Shown piece after piece: positions 1-10,860 of a stretch of DNA of 64,000 nucleotides. Under the pieces are notes generated by a model that made no database searches, was not told the DNA's origin, and was given only the letters and a program-made list of their open reading frames with translations. The stretch's first letter is position 1, and every line of letters begins with the position of its first letter. Position numbers and translations under genes: made by a program. Origin of the DNA: Camelus dromedarius (lineage: Eukaryota); NCBI RefSeq assembly GCF_036321535.1, contig NC_087437.1, forward strand, positions 68,078,001 through 68,142,000, in the 5' to 3' direction.

Positions 1-1369
1 TCTTGACTTTCACATTTGTCCTTGCACCATCCCATGTTAATCCTGGGCTTCCTGAACATTTCCCATCCTGGGCTCAAAATATTTACCGGAAATACTCTTT
101 TGGGTTATAACCTTTTTGGATGTTGCACTTCTTCACTCCTAGGTCTTTAGAGTTTGCCATCCCTACCGTGGTAACCAGGCTCATCAGGATCATCTCAGCT
201 GCTCTTCCATTTTTTTTTTCTTCCTTTTTTGTGCCACAGCTGGTTTATTGTGGCCACTGTTTTGTAAGACCAATGACTTCCATATGTCACACCTGCTCCT
301 GAGTTCATCTTTAGAAGTGTGTCAGCGCAGGCTGTGAAAGAGGAAAGAGGTCTGAAGGGCCAACCAAGAGGAGAAAGCGGATAAGGACGTGGGAAAAGGG
401 AGGCGAGGAGGAAGGAGCCAGCAGGGGTGCTGGGCAGCATCAGATCTGCCCTACGGGGGATGTGTTCCACAGAGTTTTCACTGGAACATGGAGCCTGGCT
501 AACCGTTGAAGAAAGAAGTTAAAGGAAGTGAAGATGAGACACGTATAGGGAAAGGTGAGTGTGAGGAGCTGAGCAGGGAGCATGTTGAATAAATAGCTTA
601 AAAAAAAAAAAAAGTACCTGATCGCACACAAGGATCTGAAGTTTAAAAGCTCATGTTGTTTTTTCCTTCCCTACACGAGGCCAATTTTGTAATAATGCAA
701 GATAAAAAGGTTGGTATTCTGAAAGTGTCTTTGCACCTCTTCCCCTCGGAGAGAGACTTAATGAGGTGTTGGGGATGAGGGACTGACCCCAAAGCGTCAG
801 TCTCATTATGTCCTGCTTCGTTCCGGTACCTGACAGCTCACCTCTCTCCTCAAGCCTCAGTAAGGTGAGGGGCGCTGAGCTTTTCATACAGCTCCACACT
901 CGGGATCTTGTTAGGTTAAAGAATTTACTTCTAAAGCTTTTTGGCAAATGCCTGGGGAAAAAGAAAATAAAACCTGTGCTTACAATATCATAGTATGGAT
1001 TGCTTTTTACCTGACTCCTTTCATTATAACAGATCAAGAATCGTTGAGTGATAGAGAAATTGCCCCGTAACCAATTTTAAGCAGTTGCTGGGACACTCAG
1101 AGACTGGTGACACTCTAATTATGCACACATGTGATATAATCTCTGTCCGGGTTATAAGTGATAACCAGATACCTACTTATGATTAGTGAAAAGTGTTGTG
1201 AAGAAAGGAAAAGGTACATATAGTCATTGTCATCATGATAATAATAATAAAAATAGTGCAATAGACTAGAAGGAGCGTAGTAGTAGTCATATGAGTAGCA
1301 GCACTGTTTTTTTGAGAACCTCCCAAATGCCAGACTCAAGGGCATTTTTTCCTTTTTTTACTGTCAAGT

Positions 1370-1470
1370 TAATTAAAATAAGGAAATTGAGAATCAGAAA
1401 TTTGAGTAACTTTCCTTGGTTCATTCTGTCTTTTAATTAACAAGCAAAGATTTTATACCAGGTTCGCCCT
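1370..1470 (-). mobile_element. MIR SINE core fragment
   Basis: aaggaaattgagaatcagaaatttgagtaactttccttgg resembles the reverse-complement MIR core (gaggaaactgaggctcagagaggttaagtaacttgcccaagg); boundaries approximate. Confidence 0.55.
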
Positions 1471-3689
1471 GTTACCACAATCGATTTCCTCCCTGCCCCT
1501 TCCTCTAAAACTCGACATGGCTCACGTACAAGGTTCAGCAGCATTGTTAAGGGAGGACTCACCTGCTACTTAAAGAATGTGTGTCATCACATGTCTTAAC
1601 TACTGTCTGGGTGAAATGTAATCATCCTTGTTCGAAGGTATACAGACCTGAGCAAGCCCATCTTACCCTCCTTACTCGGGATGCAGCTGTAGTGTCTGGA
1701 GAGAAGTGTGCATGGGGGGGTGCAGAGGTACATCTAGGAAATACCATGGCCAGCCAGGTTATTCCACAGCGAAGAAATGAGCCCAGTGATTTATTGCTAA
1801 CTTGTTAGCTGAACGTGCCTCAATTTTTCAGTGTTGTTTCCAGGCCTCTGGGAAACAGTCTCACATTGAAATAAGGAAATGTTCACCCTCTAGTGGTTTG
1901 TATTTCTCATCATCTGCCGTAACATAGGGGATAAGGGACGAGGGCAGGAGGGTCCCCTACTAACAGTAACTTAATTACTGCTTTGCTAGTATTTCCCAGA
2001 CTGTAACAATGAGCCAATAATTATATAATTTTAGAAATGCCTTAGGGCTGATGTTTTAACTAAGAATATTTTAATATCTTATATAATTTTTAATATAAAG
2101 CTTTGAAACAATTGTTTTACTGTAAGTAGTGTCTCCCAGTAACATTCAGGTAGGATACCAGGTAATAAACAAGTATACTCTACAAATTTCTCTCCATATA
2201 CACACATACTTTCCCCTCCCAAATCCCATCTGTAACTCTGTTAAAATTAAGTTCAAGTTGATTTTTTCAAACTTTATGTTGCTAACTTCAGTCTACCAGT
2301 GACAAGAGCTTTCAGTGCATGTCAGCCCACACAGGGTGTTTCTGGAAGGAGAGGGTGGGAGGAAAGCCTAGTTATACTCACGGCCTGTTAGATTGCCTTC
2401 AAAAATACTTACGTATAAAAGAAGTGGTGACTCTCCCTTTGAGGGAGAGTTTTTAATGCTGAGCACAGTAAGACGTGCTCCCCATGTTTATTTCCCAAAG
2501 GAAAATGGGTTGACAACTCCCCTTCCCCTGTCCTCCGAGCAAGAAGGCATGGACATTGGGGTGCGAGGTCTCTCTGTGGCTGTCGTTCCCTGAAGGGTCT
2601 GTAAAAGCAGGAATTTGGGGGAATATTAATGAATAAATCCCAGTAGAAAATGAACTTAGGAGGTCACTTAAAAGGACTAAGATACAAAGGGTTGAATAAT
2701 TTGGGGGTACTGTCAATGTCCTTAGTTACCACCCATCCAATTACTAGGACGTGTATCAATAGATTGAAAAAATTGGGGGCAATAAGTAATAAAGTGTAAA
2801 ATATTTAAATTACCTTTATACATGAATCTGGGAGTGCTATATTTTTGCAGTGGTTGGGCCTAAAATGGTACCCAAATTCAAGTGACAATAAACTATCTAT
2901 CCTGGCCAGTAGAAGGTACTCACCAGGACAAAGATGAAAGCTCGACCTCCCTGAAAAATAGTCTCTCTAGATTAATTCATTCATTTACCAAATTAATTCT
3001 GATGATTGATCTTTCCCACTTTTAAGTTATAAAATACATATTGAGCTGTGATCCCCTTTCCCCTGCAAGAGAAAATCAGCTACAAAGTGTAATTTTGTAC
3101 CAACATAGTTGACTTGGAGAGACGCTAGGAGCTTATTCATGTCAGGCAACTTTTGAAAATAAGGCTATTGATGGTCAAGATAGGAAGCCATATATTTTCA
3201 ATTTCTTTCAGCCCAGAGCCCAAATTCTAGAAAGATTTAATTTTTTTCTTCAAGGGTTGACACATGAAAGAAGTGATCATTAACTCAGGATGCTTGAATG
3301 AATGCAGAAAAACAAAGCTTTGATTGAACAATTTTCTAAATGGTTGATGTAAGATGGCGAGTACCAGATTTTCCATTATGTCATGGGAAGCCTGGTTTGG
3401 AGGTCAGTAGCAGTCAGTTTTGCAGCTGTCTGCTGGCGGGCTCTGCGTCTGTAGGGCATAGAGGGAGAAATCACACAAGCTCATTTGGGAATGCTCTCAG
3501 GGACACGTGAATTCATGGTACCTATGGAAAGGAACCCAGTGTTGAGTGAGAGGTTTTTTGTTTGAAAAAGTTGCCCTAAGGTAAAAGCATTTAAAATAAA
3601 TATTTGAACAACGGTATTCATGGAGCACCCTATAGTCAATACAGGTCTTTTGAAGTTGCTAACTAAATGTTTTCACATGTAGTTGTTTG

Positions 3690-3840
3690 GTTTTTACAAT
3701 CCATTTATGATACAGATAGTTTGTTTTTTTTATCTCTTTTTAGCAGTTTAGGAACTAAGGCTTTTTAGAGAGTGGGTAACTTGATAGAGGCTTTGTAAAG
3801 GAGCTGAGACTCAAGCACGATCATCAGCCTCCTGGCCTGA
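3690..3840 (-). mobile_element. MIR SINE fragment
   Basis: ggaactaaggctttttagagagtgggtaacttg...gagctgagactcaagc resembles antisense MIR core. Confidence 0.5.
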
Positions 3841-4055
3841 GACTTCCTCCAGGACATCATGCTGACTCCTGCAGTGTATGCTTCCGGTCCTCCCAGTGCA
3901 CCAGCACTTCAGCCACCAACTCTGTTTCCTTTTGGGTCCAGAGTTGGTGGTTCACCTGGGAATGATCTCAGTGATTCATTGCTAACCTGTTAGCTCCAGT
4001 GAGAACATTAGAGTGTTTGGGGTGATGCCAAGGAGGCAGAAGGAAATAGTGATTC

Positions 4056-4075
4056 AAAAAAAAAAAAAAAAAAAA
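4056..4075 (+). repeat. poly(A)20 tract
   Basis: 20 consecutive A seen directly. Confidence 0.95.
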
Positions 4076-4077
4076 GG

Positions 4078-4300
4078 TGGACTTGGGAGGCAGACTCCCA
4101 GGGTCTAACACCCCAGCCCTGCCACCTCCTAACTGCGTGGCCTGGCAGATTTTCCCTTAATCTTTCATTTTTTCAGTTTCTACATAATACTAGTACTGTA
4201 GCACTACCCAAAATGTTGTTGTGAGGATGAAATGAGTTGATGAACATAAAGTTTTAATGTAGTAGCCGACAAATGGTAACCACTAAAGCTTGACTGTTTT
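4078..4300 (+). mobile_element. MIR SINE, near full length
   Basis: ggcagactcccagggtctaacaccccagccctgccacctcctaactgcgtggcc...gttgttgtgaggatgaaatgagttgatg follows the MIR head, core and tail in order. Confidence 0.8.
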
Positions 4301-4899
4301 TTATATAAGCCCCCTGGACTCCTTGGAAACAAGCAGTGGATAATGTTCGTTTCTATCCACCCCCACCCCAGGTGTCTCTTCCTTGATGTACAGCTTTTTA
4401 ATTTATTTTTAATAAGACTTCAAGTGTACTTTTTTAAAAATGCACCTTTGTGAGAGTCACACGTTCTTTTCTGAGTATTAGAACACAGATGGTCCCACAG
4501 TTCTGACCTTAGTTCACCCTAGGAAAGACATTGTTTTCTGGTAGATCTTTTCACCTATTTGTGGTTTTGCAGAGATTTAAAAAAAAAAGTGTGGAATGGA
4601 ATCAAAGTTACCATAAGTGCACTGGGTAGCCTCTCCCTTTTGTAGCACAGGTGTTAATTCAGATGAACACACCTGCATCAAGAGACTCCTCTGCATTTGC
4701 ACCTCATGCAAAATGAACAGCTTCTTCACCTACACCCTCCTCAGCTCATCACTTTAATTTTCCAGTTCGGTGTTCCCAACTGAACAGCAGTCTGCCTTTA
4801 CTGAACCCAGGGCTTGAAGTGATGATTCTAACTTTGGGCCTGGATAACGATGTGCTCTCAGCTACTAATTCATATATGTCTAGCCAATTAAGGAATACA

Positions 4900-5680
4900 T
4901 TTTTCTTCTCAGTCTACATACTGTCATCCTCTGTGCAGCACAGAAAAAACAGATTATATTTCCTTAACCTCTTTCATTGTGTCACTCCCTAGCTTACAAA
5001 CTATTGGTAGCAACTCATTACATGTGGGATAAAGTGCAAACTCTTTAGTTCAAGGTCATCACCAGAGTCTACCTGGGTATACTTTGTTCTCAGTAAACGG
5101 ATGCTCTCACTCTCATTTATGCCTCTAGCTTTCCCATCTCAGCCTGTGAATGACCCTCTCCCTTCATCTCTGTCCATCTTTGTAAATTCTTGACATCACT
5201 AAAAGCACCCTTACACATGAAGCTCCCTGTATCCACCCTAAATACAGGTCAGTAGATTGGAAGGCTTTTCTGTTGTACCATTCACTTATAGTACAACTGT
5301 GGTCAAGTTGCTTAAAACATCTCTGGGTCTTACCATATTTGAAAATTGGGGTGAATATTATGCACCATTCATGGTTAAGGCAAGGACTTAATGAATGAGA
5401 TGATCATAATAGGTAAAAGTGATAGACATAGTACCAGAAACTTGGTAGTTGGTCATTAACTATCACTTCCCATTTCTGCATATGAGGTATTAATATGACT
5501 AATTTGATACATGTATTTCTGGCTAGTTATAATTTTTATATGTTGCTTTCTATCTTTACAAAGAGATCCAAGTTCTGTAGTAGCTAGAATTGTGTCTTAG
5601 GCATCTTGATACTCTCCACTTATCCTAGTAAAGGGCTTTCTTTACACGTAATAGAGACTGAGTCAGTGCTTGCAGGACTA
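4900..5680 (+). mobile_element. L2 LINE 3' region fragments interrupted by a MIR (~5275-5470, +)
   Basis: cattgtgtcactccctagcttacaaac...gggataaagtgcaaactctttag and a later degenerate L2 tail; internal tggtcaagttgcttaaaacatctctggg...aatgagatgatcat is MIR-like. Confidence 0.6.
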
Positions 5681-5979
5681 ACCATACAAACAGCTTTCCC
5701 CCAGCTACTATGGCCATGAAATCGACAGAGCAGAAATTATGTTGTAGTCCCTAAGGGGGAAGAAGAGTCAGAGACCTGAAACAGTGGTCTTTGTATGAGC
5801 CTGTGTTTGGAGAAGAGATGGCACATTTGAAGCCTTGGAAATTTTGGCTCCCATCCAGGACAGTAGCTTATTGTCCAGTGTCACCTTTGTTTAAGTTTGA
5901 CTGACATTGCAAACAGTCACATTTCCCCCCTCATGGATAAAGATGTCTAAATTGCTCATAAGCATGGCTTCTATTTGAT

Positions 5980-6170
5980 TATATATTCATCCATATACTC
6001 AAAATATTTTCCTCAATACCTAGTATGTTCCAGATGTTGGGCTGGGTGTTTTAAATGCATACATGAGAACTTGCTTTAAGGAGCTGATAATCAATAAGAA
6101 ATACACATTATGTACTGCATGATGATCATACTCAGAATACATTATTAGAATTATAGATTGTCGCGGTTAC
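5980..6170 (-). mobile_element. L2 LINE 3' end
   Basis: attcatccatatactcaaaatatttt...tacctagtatgttccagatgttgggctgggtg...aaggagctgataatc resembles the antisense L2 terminus. Confidence 0.6.
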
Positions 6171-8317
6171 AAGGGAAACTCATTAGTTCTAAAGCAGGAG
6201 TTAGCAGGGAATAAATACATTGCTGACCTTTTTACAAAATTTCAGAAGATACCAGCATTACTTTGTCCCTTTTACTGCTTGAAAGTTTACACACACATAT
6301 ACACAGAGACTTGTTCTGAGGGACCTCTGAGAGTAACTGATCTTAAAACATCCCTTGGCAGATGCAACAGCTCAGAGGGGTGAAAGGTGTTGTCCAGGGT
6401 CCTGAAGTTGTCAGGAGTGGAACTAGAAGTGATCTCTTGACTTGCAGTCCATTGCTTTTGCACGTGATTATGACTGTGTTGCCTCATCCAGTATTTTTGG
6501 TCAGGGTCAATTCGTCGTCCCCTTTGCTCTGAAATCTCTAAAATGCTATTAGGATTCAACCTCTTGCAAACCAGCAGCTGCTTTCTGGACGTAGCATTTG
6601 AATGCAATGCTGAATCCTGAGGAGGAAATGGTTTCACTGCGGTTTAAAGTCTTTTCTCCACTCTCTCCACCCACATATATTTACATCTCCCATATTCTTA
6701 ACTGAATTACAGTCAAATGCTTCATTACAGAGGCTCAGCCAGGAGGACATGCCCTGGGGAGTTTATTCACAGACAAATGTATTATTCACAAGCTTGATCT
6801 GATCATACAAAATTTGCACTATAACCACACGCCCTGAGGAAATTCCTTTCATAAACCTAAATGGTTAGACTTAAAAGAATGGTGTGAAAGAAAAGGAGGA
6901 AAAGCATATAAGCTGGAAGAGGGTGGAGCTGTTGCCAGTTGCATTTAGGAAACCCACAGAGGAACAGGTTCTGAGCCCCCCCCATCCCTTGCCTCCTCTA
7001 AACACTCTTTCCTTCCCTTTAAAAAGCCTCATTTTGACAGTTTTAAAGGGAGGAGGGAATGATGAATTAAGTAAGGTTGGTGAATTATTTTAATGATGGT
7101 TTCTATGACAACGAGACACATACTTTCCACATATTTTGTGTTTCAGGCAAAGATACATTAGGCAAATAATTTTACTGGGGAGTAAATGTGGTTAAAGACA
7201 AAACAAAACAAACCCTATAGGCATCCGGTTACCATCAGGTATGAAAGATTTGTACAGTATTATTCCACCTGCAGATAAAAGTTATTCTATTTAGAATCAA
7301 AGTTAACATCTTAATAGCATGAAAGTCTCTAGCATTCCTTGACCCAAAGAATTTAACCTTAACTTGTACCTTTAATTTCTTCAGATTTGGGCCTCCCTGG
7401 TTTCCTCCTGAGATAGGTTATAGCCTTGCCCATAATATCTAAGAAGAATGCTTGGTTTCTTTTTTCTTACAATTCTTACCTATGTGGGGTTCCAGTGGTA
7501 GTTCTGGCAGTCCTGCCCTGGGCTCTGACTGACCAGCTTTAACTGACAGACTAACTGCATTAATGTCACATTTTTGCATTGAATATTGGTCAGCAGAATG
7601 CTGTGCAATTGATACTGCTGCGACTTCCATCTCCAGCTCTGCAGAGAGAAACCTATCTATTATTAAAAACCCTATTAGTACTGGTAAGATTGCGCTGTTC
7701 TCTCTCACTAGAGCTGCCAAGTGTTATCTAATTGGTTTTTATTACTTCGAAAACCTTGGGAGTGTGGAGCTCAAATGCACATTTGCTAACAGTTGTGTTC
7801 TATTCTCTTGTACTTGTTGGAGAGGCTTTTAGATCATTTAGATTTTGTCAGCGAGAAAGAGGGAAACTGCTAGAGAGCATTTTGGAGAGTACCTGGAATA
7901 GGACTATAGACCCCAGGATTCGGTTAGCTGTGGCTACTCTCAGATTCAAGTACATGAATGGACATGACTGTGTGACTTTTCCCATTATCGTCTATACTGT
8001 AGAGAGGAGGTTTGCTTCCAGCATTGTGGCATTGTTAAGTTTTTTTGTGTGAATGCTATTGTCCGATTTTTATAGATTTGATCTTATTTGTATTTTTTAA
8101 CTGGTAATATGTAAAGTCAGTTTTTTTATTACTGTTGGTTTATTCGTTTAAATGGAAAAAATTATGGGTGATCTTACATACTACTTGGCCATGTACAAGG
8201 TGTCTTCAAATTAATATGTGAATCTTAGAAAAGATGCATCCTTTGCCCACCTTAGTGATGACTGTCTTCTTCACATTTAGTTTCCCGTGAGAAGTACTGT
8301 GGTTCTTGCTTGAAATA

Positions 8318-8491
8318 TTAATAATAATAACAACAGTAATAGTAACAATACTCATTAGTATTAGTAGTGGTAGTAGCAGTAATAGTAACAATACCATTAG
8401 CAGTAGCTATAGTAATAATACCATTAGTCGTAATAATAGTAATAATGCTAATAATGGTAGTGGCAGTAGTAGTAATAGCAGTAGTGTTAGT
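8318..8491. repeat. degenerate (AAT/AGT/AGC)n trinucleotide low-complexity repeat
   Basis: ataataataacaacagtaatagtaac...agtagtagtaatagcagtagtgttagt; explains the Ser/Asn-, Val/Ile- and Thr-rich ORFs overlapping here. Confidence 0.9.
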
Positions 8492-8884
8492 ACTTTTTCC
8501 AGTGAGTTTTTTTTTCAAAGAACTTTGCCACTTTTTTGTAAATACTTTGAGCCAGTGTCAACATTTTCAGCTCCCCTGATCTTGTGAATCCTGTCCTAGC
8601 TTCAGGGCTTGATTTGCAAGTTGTCTGCTTGATGTTTCATTTAGTTCATTGTCTCCTTCCATCTTGACTCCAGAAAAACACGCTTCCATTTCATGCCCTC
8701 CCTGGAATGGCTTTCTTGAAAATAGTATCTGGTCCTTGTATTCAGCTTGCATTCTGACTTTTGTTTTTGGTCTCTACCTTGCCTTTAACAGTATGCTCCT
8801 CAGTGAGTGTTTAAAACAGCAGAACTTTGTGAACACTTCATGTGTCCCAAATGCTGTTGTAATCGCTGTAAATGTCTCCTAAAG

Positions 8885-9070
8885 TCATTGAAGTATTTCA
8901 CTAACTCACTGGATTCTCACAATATCCCATACTGTGAAGAGCACTGGGCATTCCAATTTACAAACAAGGATACTGAGACAGAACGAGGGAGAGTCACTTG
9001 TCCTAAATTTCCCACTTCCTGAGGGAGCTCAGAAGCCACCCCAGATGGTCTCATAGGTCCACAGTCTCTG
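8885..9070 (-). mobile_element. MIR SINE
   Basis: ctcactggattctcacaatatccc...ccaatttacaaacaaggatactgagacagaacgagggagagtcacttgtcctaa is an antisense MIR tail and core. Confidence 0.75.
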
Positions 9071-9399
9071 CATTTGGCCACCTTGTGGTGCTGCTGTTTG
9101 GAATTCCTTCTGGCTTGTTATCCATGATGTCCTTGCCTCTCACACCTCTCAGACCAAATTCCATTGAACAGACACAGATTGAGTGCCCGACAGGGGCCAG
9201 CTCATGTTCTCCTTCAGTCTCCCCTTGTCCCCTTGCCCATTAATTGTATTCAGGAGGGATGGATTAAGGCCAAAATTATTCTGTGGCTTTTAAGATCTGG
9301 GAGCTCTTTTCTGGATGGGGAGAAGGGCCATCCACTGAGAAGCAGCATGACAATCCTTCCCCGTCTCCTAATTATTAATGATTCACTATGATCCCCTCA

Positions 9400-9900
9400 G
9401 TGCCCCAGTCTCATCATCGTAAATTTATGCAATTGCTCCCTTTTCTTTGACCTCCAAATCTAATCAGTTACTAAATGTTACTGATCTCCCCCTTTAAAAT
9501 TCATTTCCACAGCCATAACTCTACCATAGGCTCTAATCACTTCACTTCTGAGTTATAGTAATGGGTCTAAGTGGCCCTTGTTCCCCGAAGTTCTGTCCAT
9601 TCCAAACTACTTACCCACGATCATAGCACTGGCCCCCAGAGCACTTCCAGTTGTCTTCTGAGACCTGGAACAAATGCTGACTCTTCTCTGAAGCCTTCCC
9701 AGGTCACTCCATGGTTGGTCAGCCCTTACCCCTGCATCTTCAGGATCAGTTAAATAATACCATGTACATGTTTGTCACTTGACTGCCCCTTAAATTCCTG
9801 TGTTCTGGACTGTCTGTTACTTTTCCTCGTAAGCACAACATCTAGGAACATGTCTGGTACATAATAACAACTGGTTAATCTAAGAATGGGTGGACAAGCG
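9400..9900 (+). mobile_element. L2 LINE 3' fragments
   Basis: ccaaatctaatcagttactaaatg, ctctgaagccttccc, and tail tctaggaacatgtctggtacataataac are L2-like. Confidence 0.6.
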
Positions 9901-10426
9901 AGTGTGGAAGTAAATGATTGCATGAAAGGAACATGAATGGCTCTGCAGGGACTTTTAGTTGTCTGACTTACCAAATACAAACATCTGAGCACAGTGCAGT
10001 CACAGAAACCCAGTGCCCTGCCTCTCCTTCCTCTAAGCTCATGTCTGATACCTACTGGTTTGGCCCTGGTTTGCTTAAGCAAGTGTGTTTACACTGTTCT
10101 TCACATAACATTTTTTTGCCTCCTTGTATTGATAGTTCAAGGCCCTTCTCTACAAAGTCTGTCCCAATCATCTCCATTTTTGCCACTCACCATTCCTTTG
10201 TTTACATAGGTAATGATCACAATAGAGTGATGTAGATCCATTATTTCATGATAGCTTATTGAAGAGTTGATGTGATGTCATCTAACATATTCCACATCAG
10301 TTGTCCAATGAAGAGGTTTGAAGTCTCCAATCTAAAATGGACCTTGGTCTATGAATCATCCACTGAGAGCCTTAATATACTCATTTGATAAATGGAGGTA
10401 ACAACTCTTAGCTCCCTCACAAATGT

Positions 10427-10860
10427 GTTGTGATGTGGGGTGTTTTCCAAAACCAACAACCAATTCTCTAGTTCTCTGGACACTAACCCAGTGTCCAAAA
10501 ATTAAGTGCAGTTCAAACACTGTTTACTTGGAATTAGATCTCCCAAGTTAAAGCGTTCATTCTCACAAGACCGCCCCTCACCAAGGACACCAGTCACAAG
10601 CTCTGGCCTCCCCTACTTCTTGCTGACTGGCTGTGATCTGGAGTTCCATGACCTTCTCCTCATGTCCAATAATTTGCTAAAACAGCTCACAGAACTCAGA
10701 AGGGTATTTTACTCATGTTTACTCGTTCATTATAAAGGCTACAATGAGCAGTCAGATGAAGAGGTACACGGAGTGAGATCTAGAAGGGCCCCCTGTGTAA
10801 GAGCTTACGTCTCTATAGAGTTGAAGTCCGCTGCCCTCCCGACACGTGGGTGCATTAGTA
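10427..10860. mobile_element. MER21-type LTR (endogenous retrovirus LTR fragment)
   Basis: accaacaaccaattctc, cacaagaccgcccctcac..gacaccagtcacaag, aataatttgctaaaacagctcacagaactcag, ttataaagg, cagatgaagaggtacac match recalled MER21-family LTR motifs in order. Confidence 0.75.

Noticed and set aside
7979..8001. Minus-strand TACAGTATAGACGAT resembles the 5' part of mature miR-144
   Set aside because: Match stops after about 15 nt, no complementary arm for a hairpin is visible and no miR-451 is nearby; treated as chance
8206..8587. Overlapping ORFs with signal-peptide-like or Ser/Asn-rich translations
   Set aside because: They are translations of a trinucleotide low-complexity repeat
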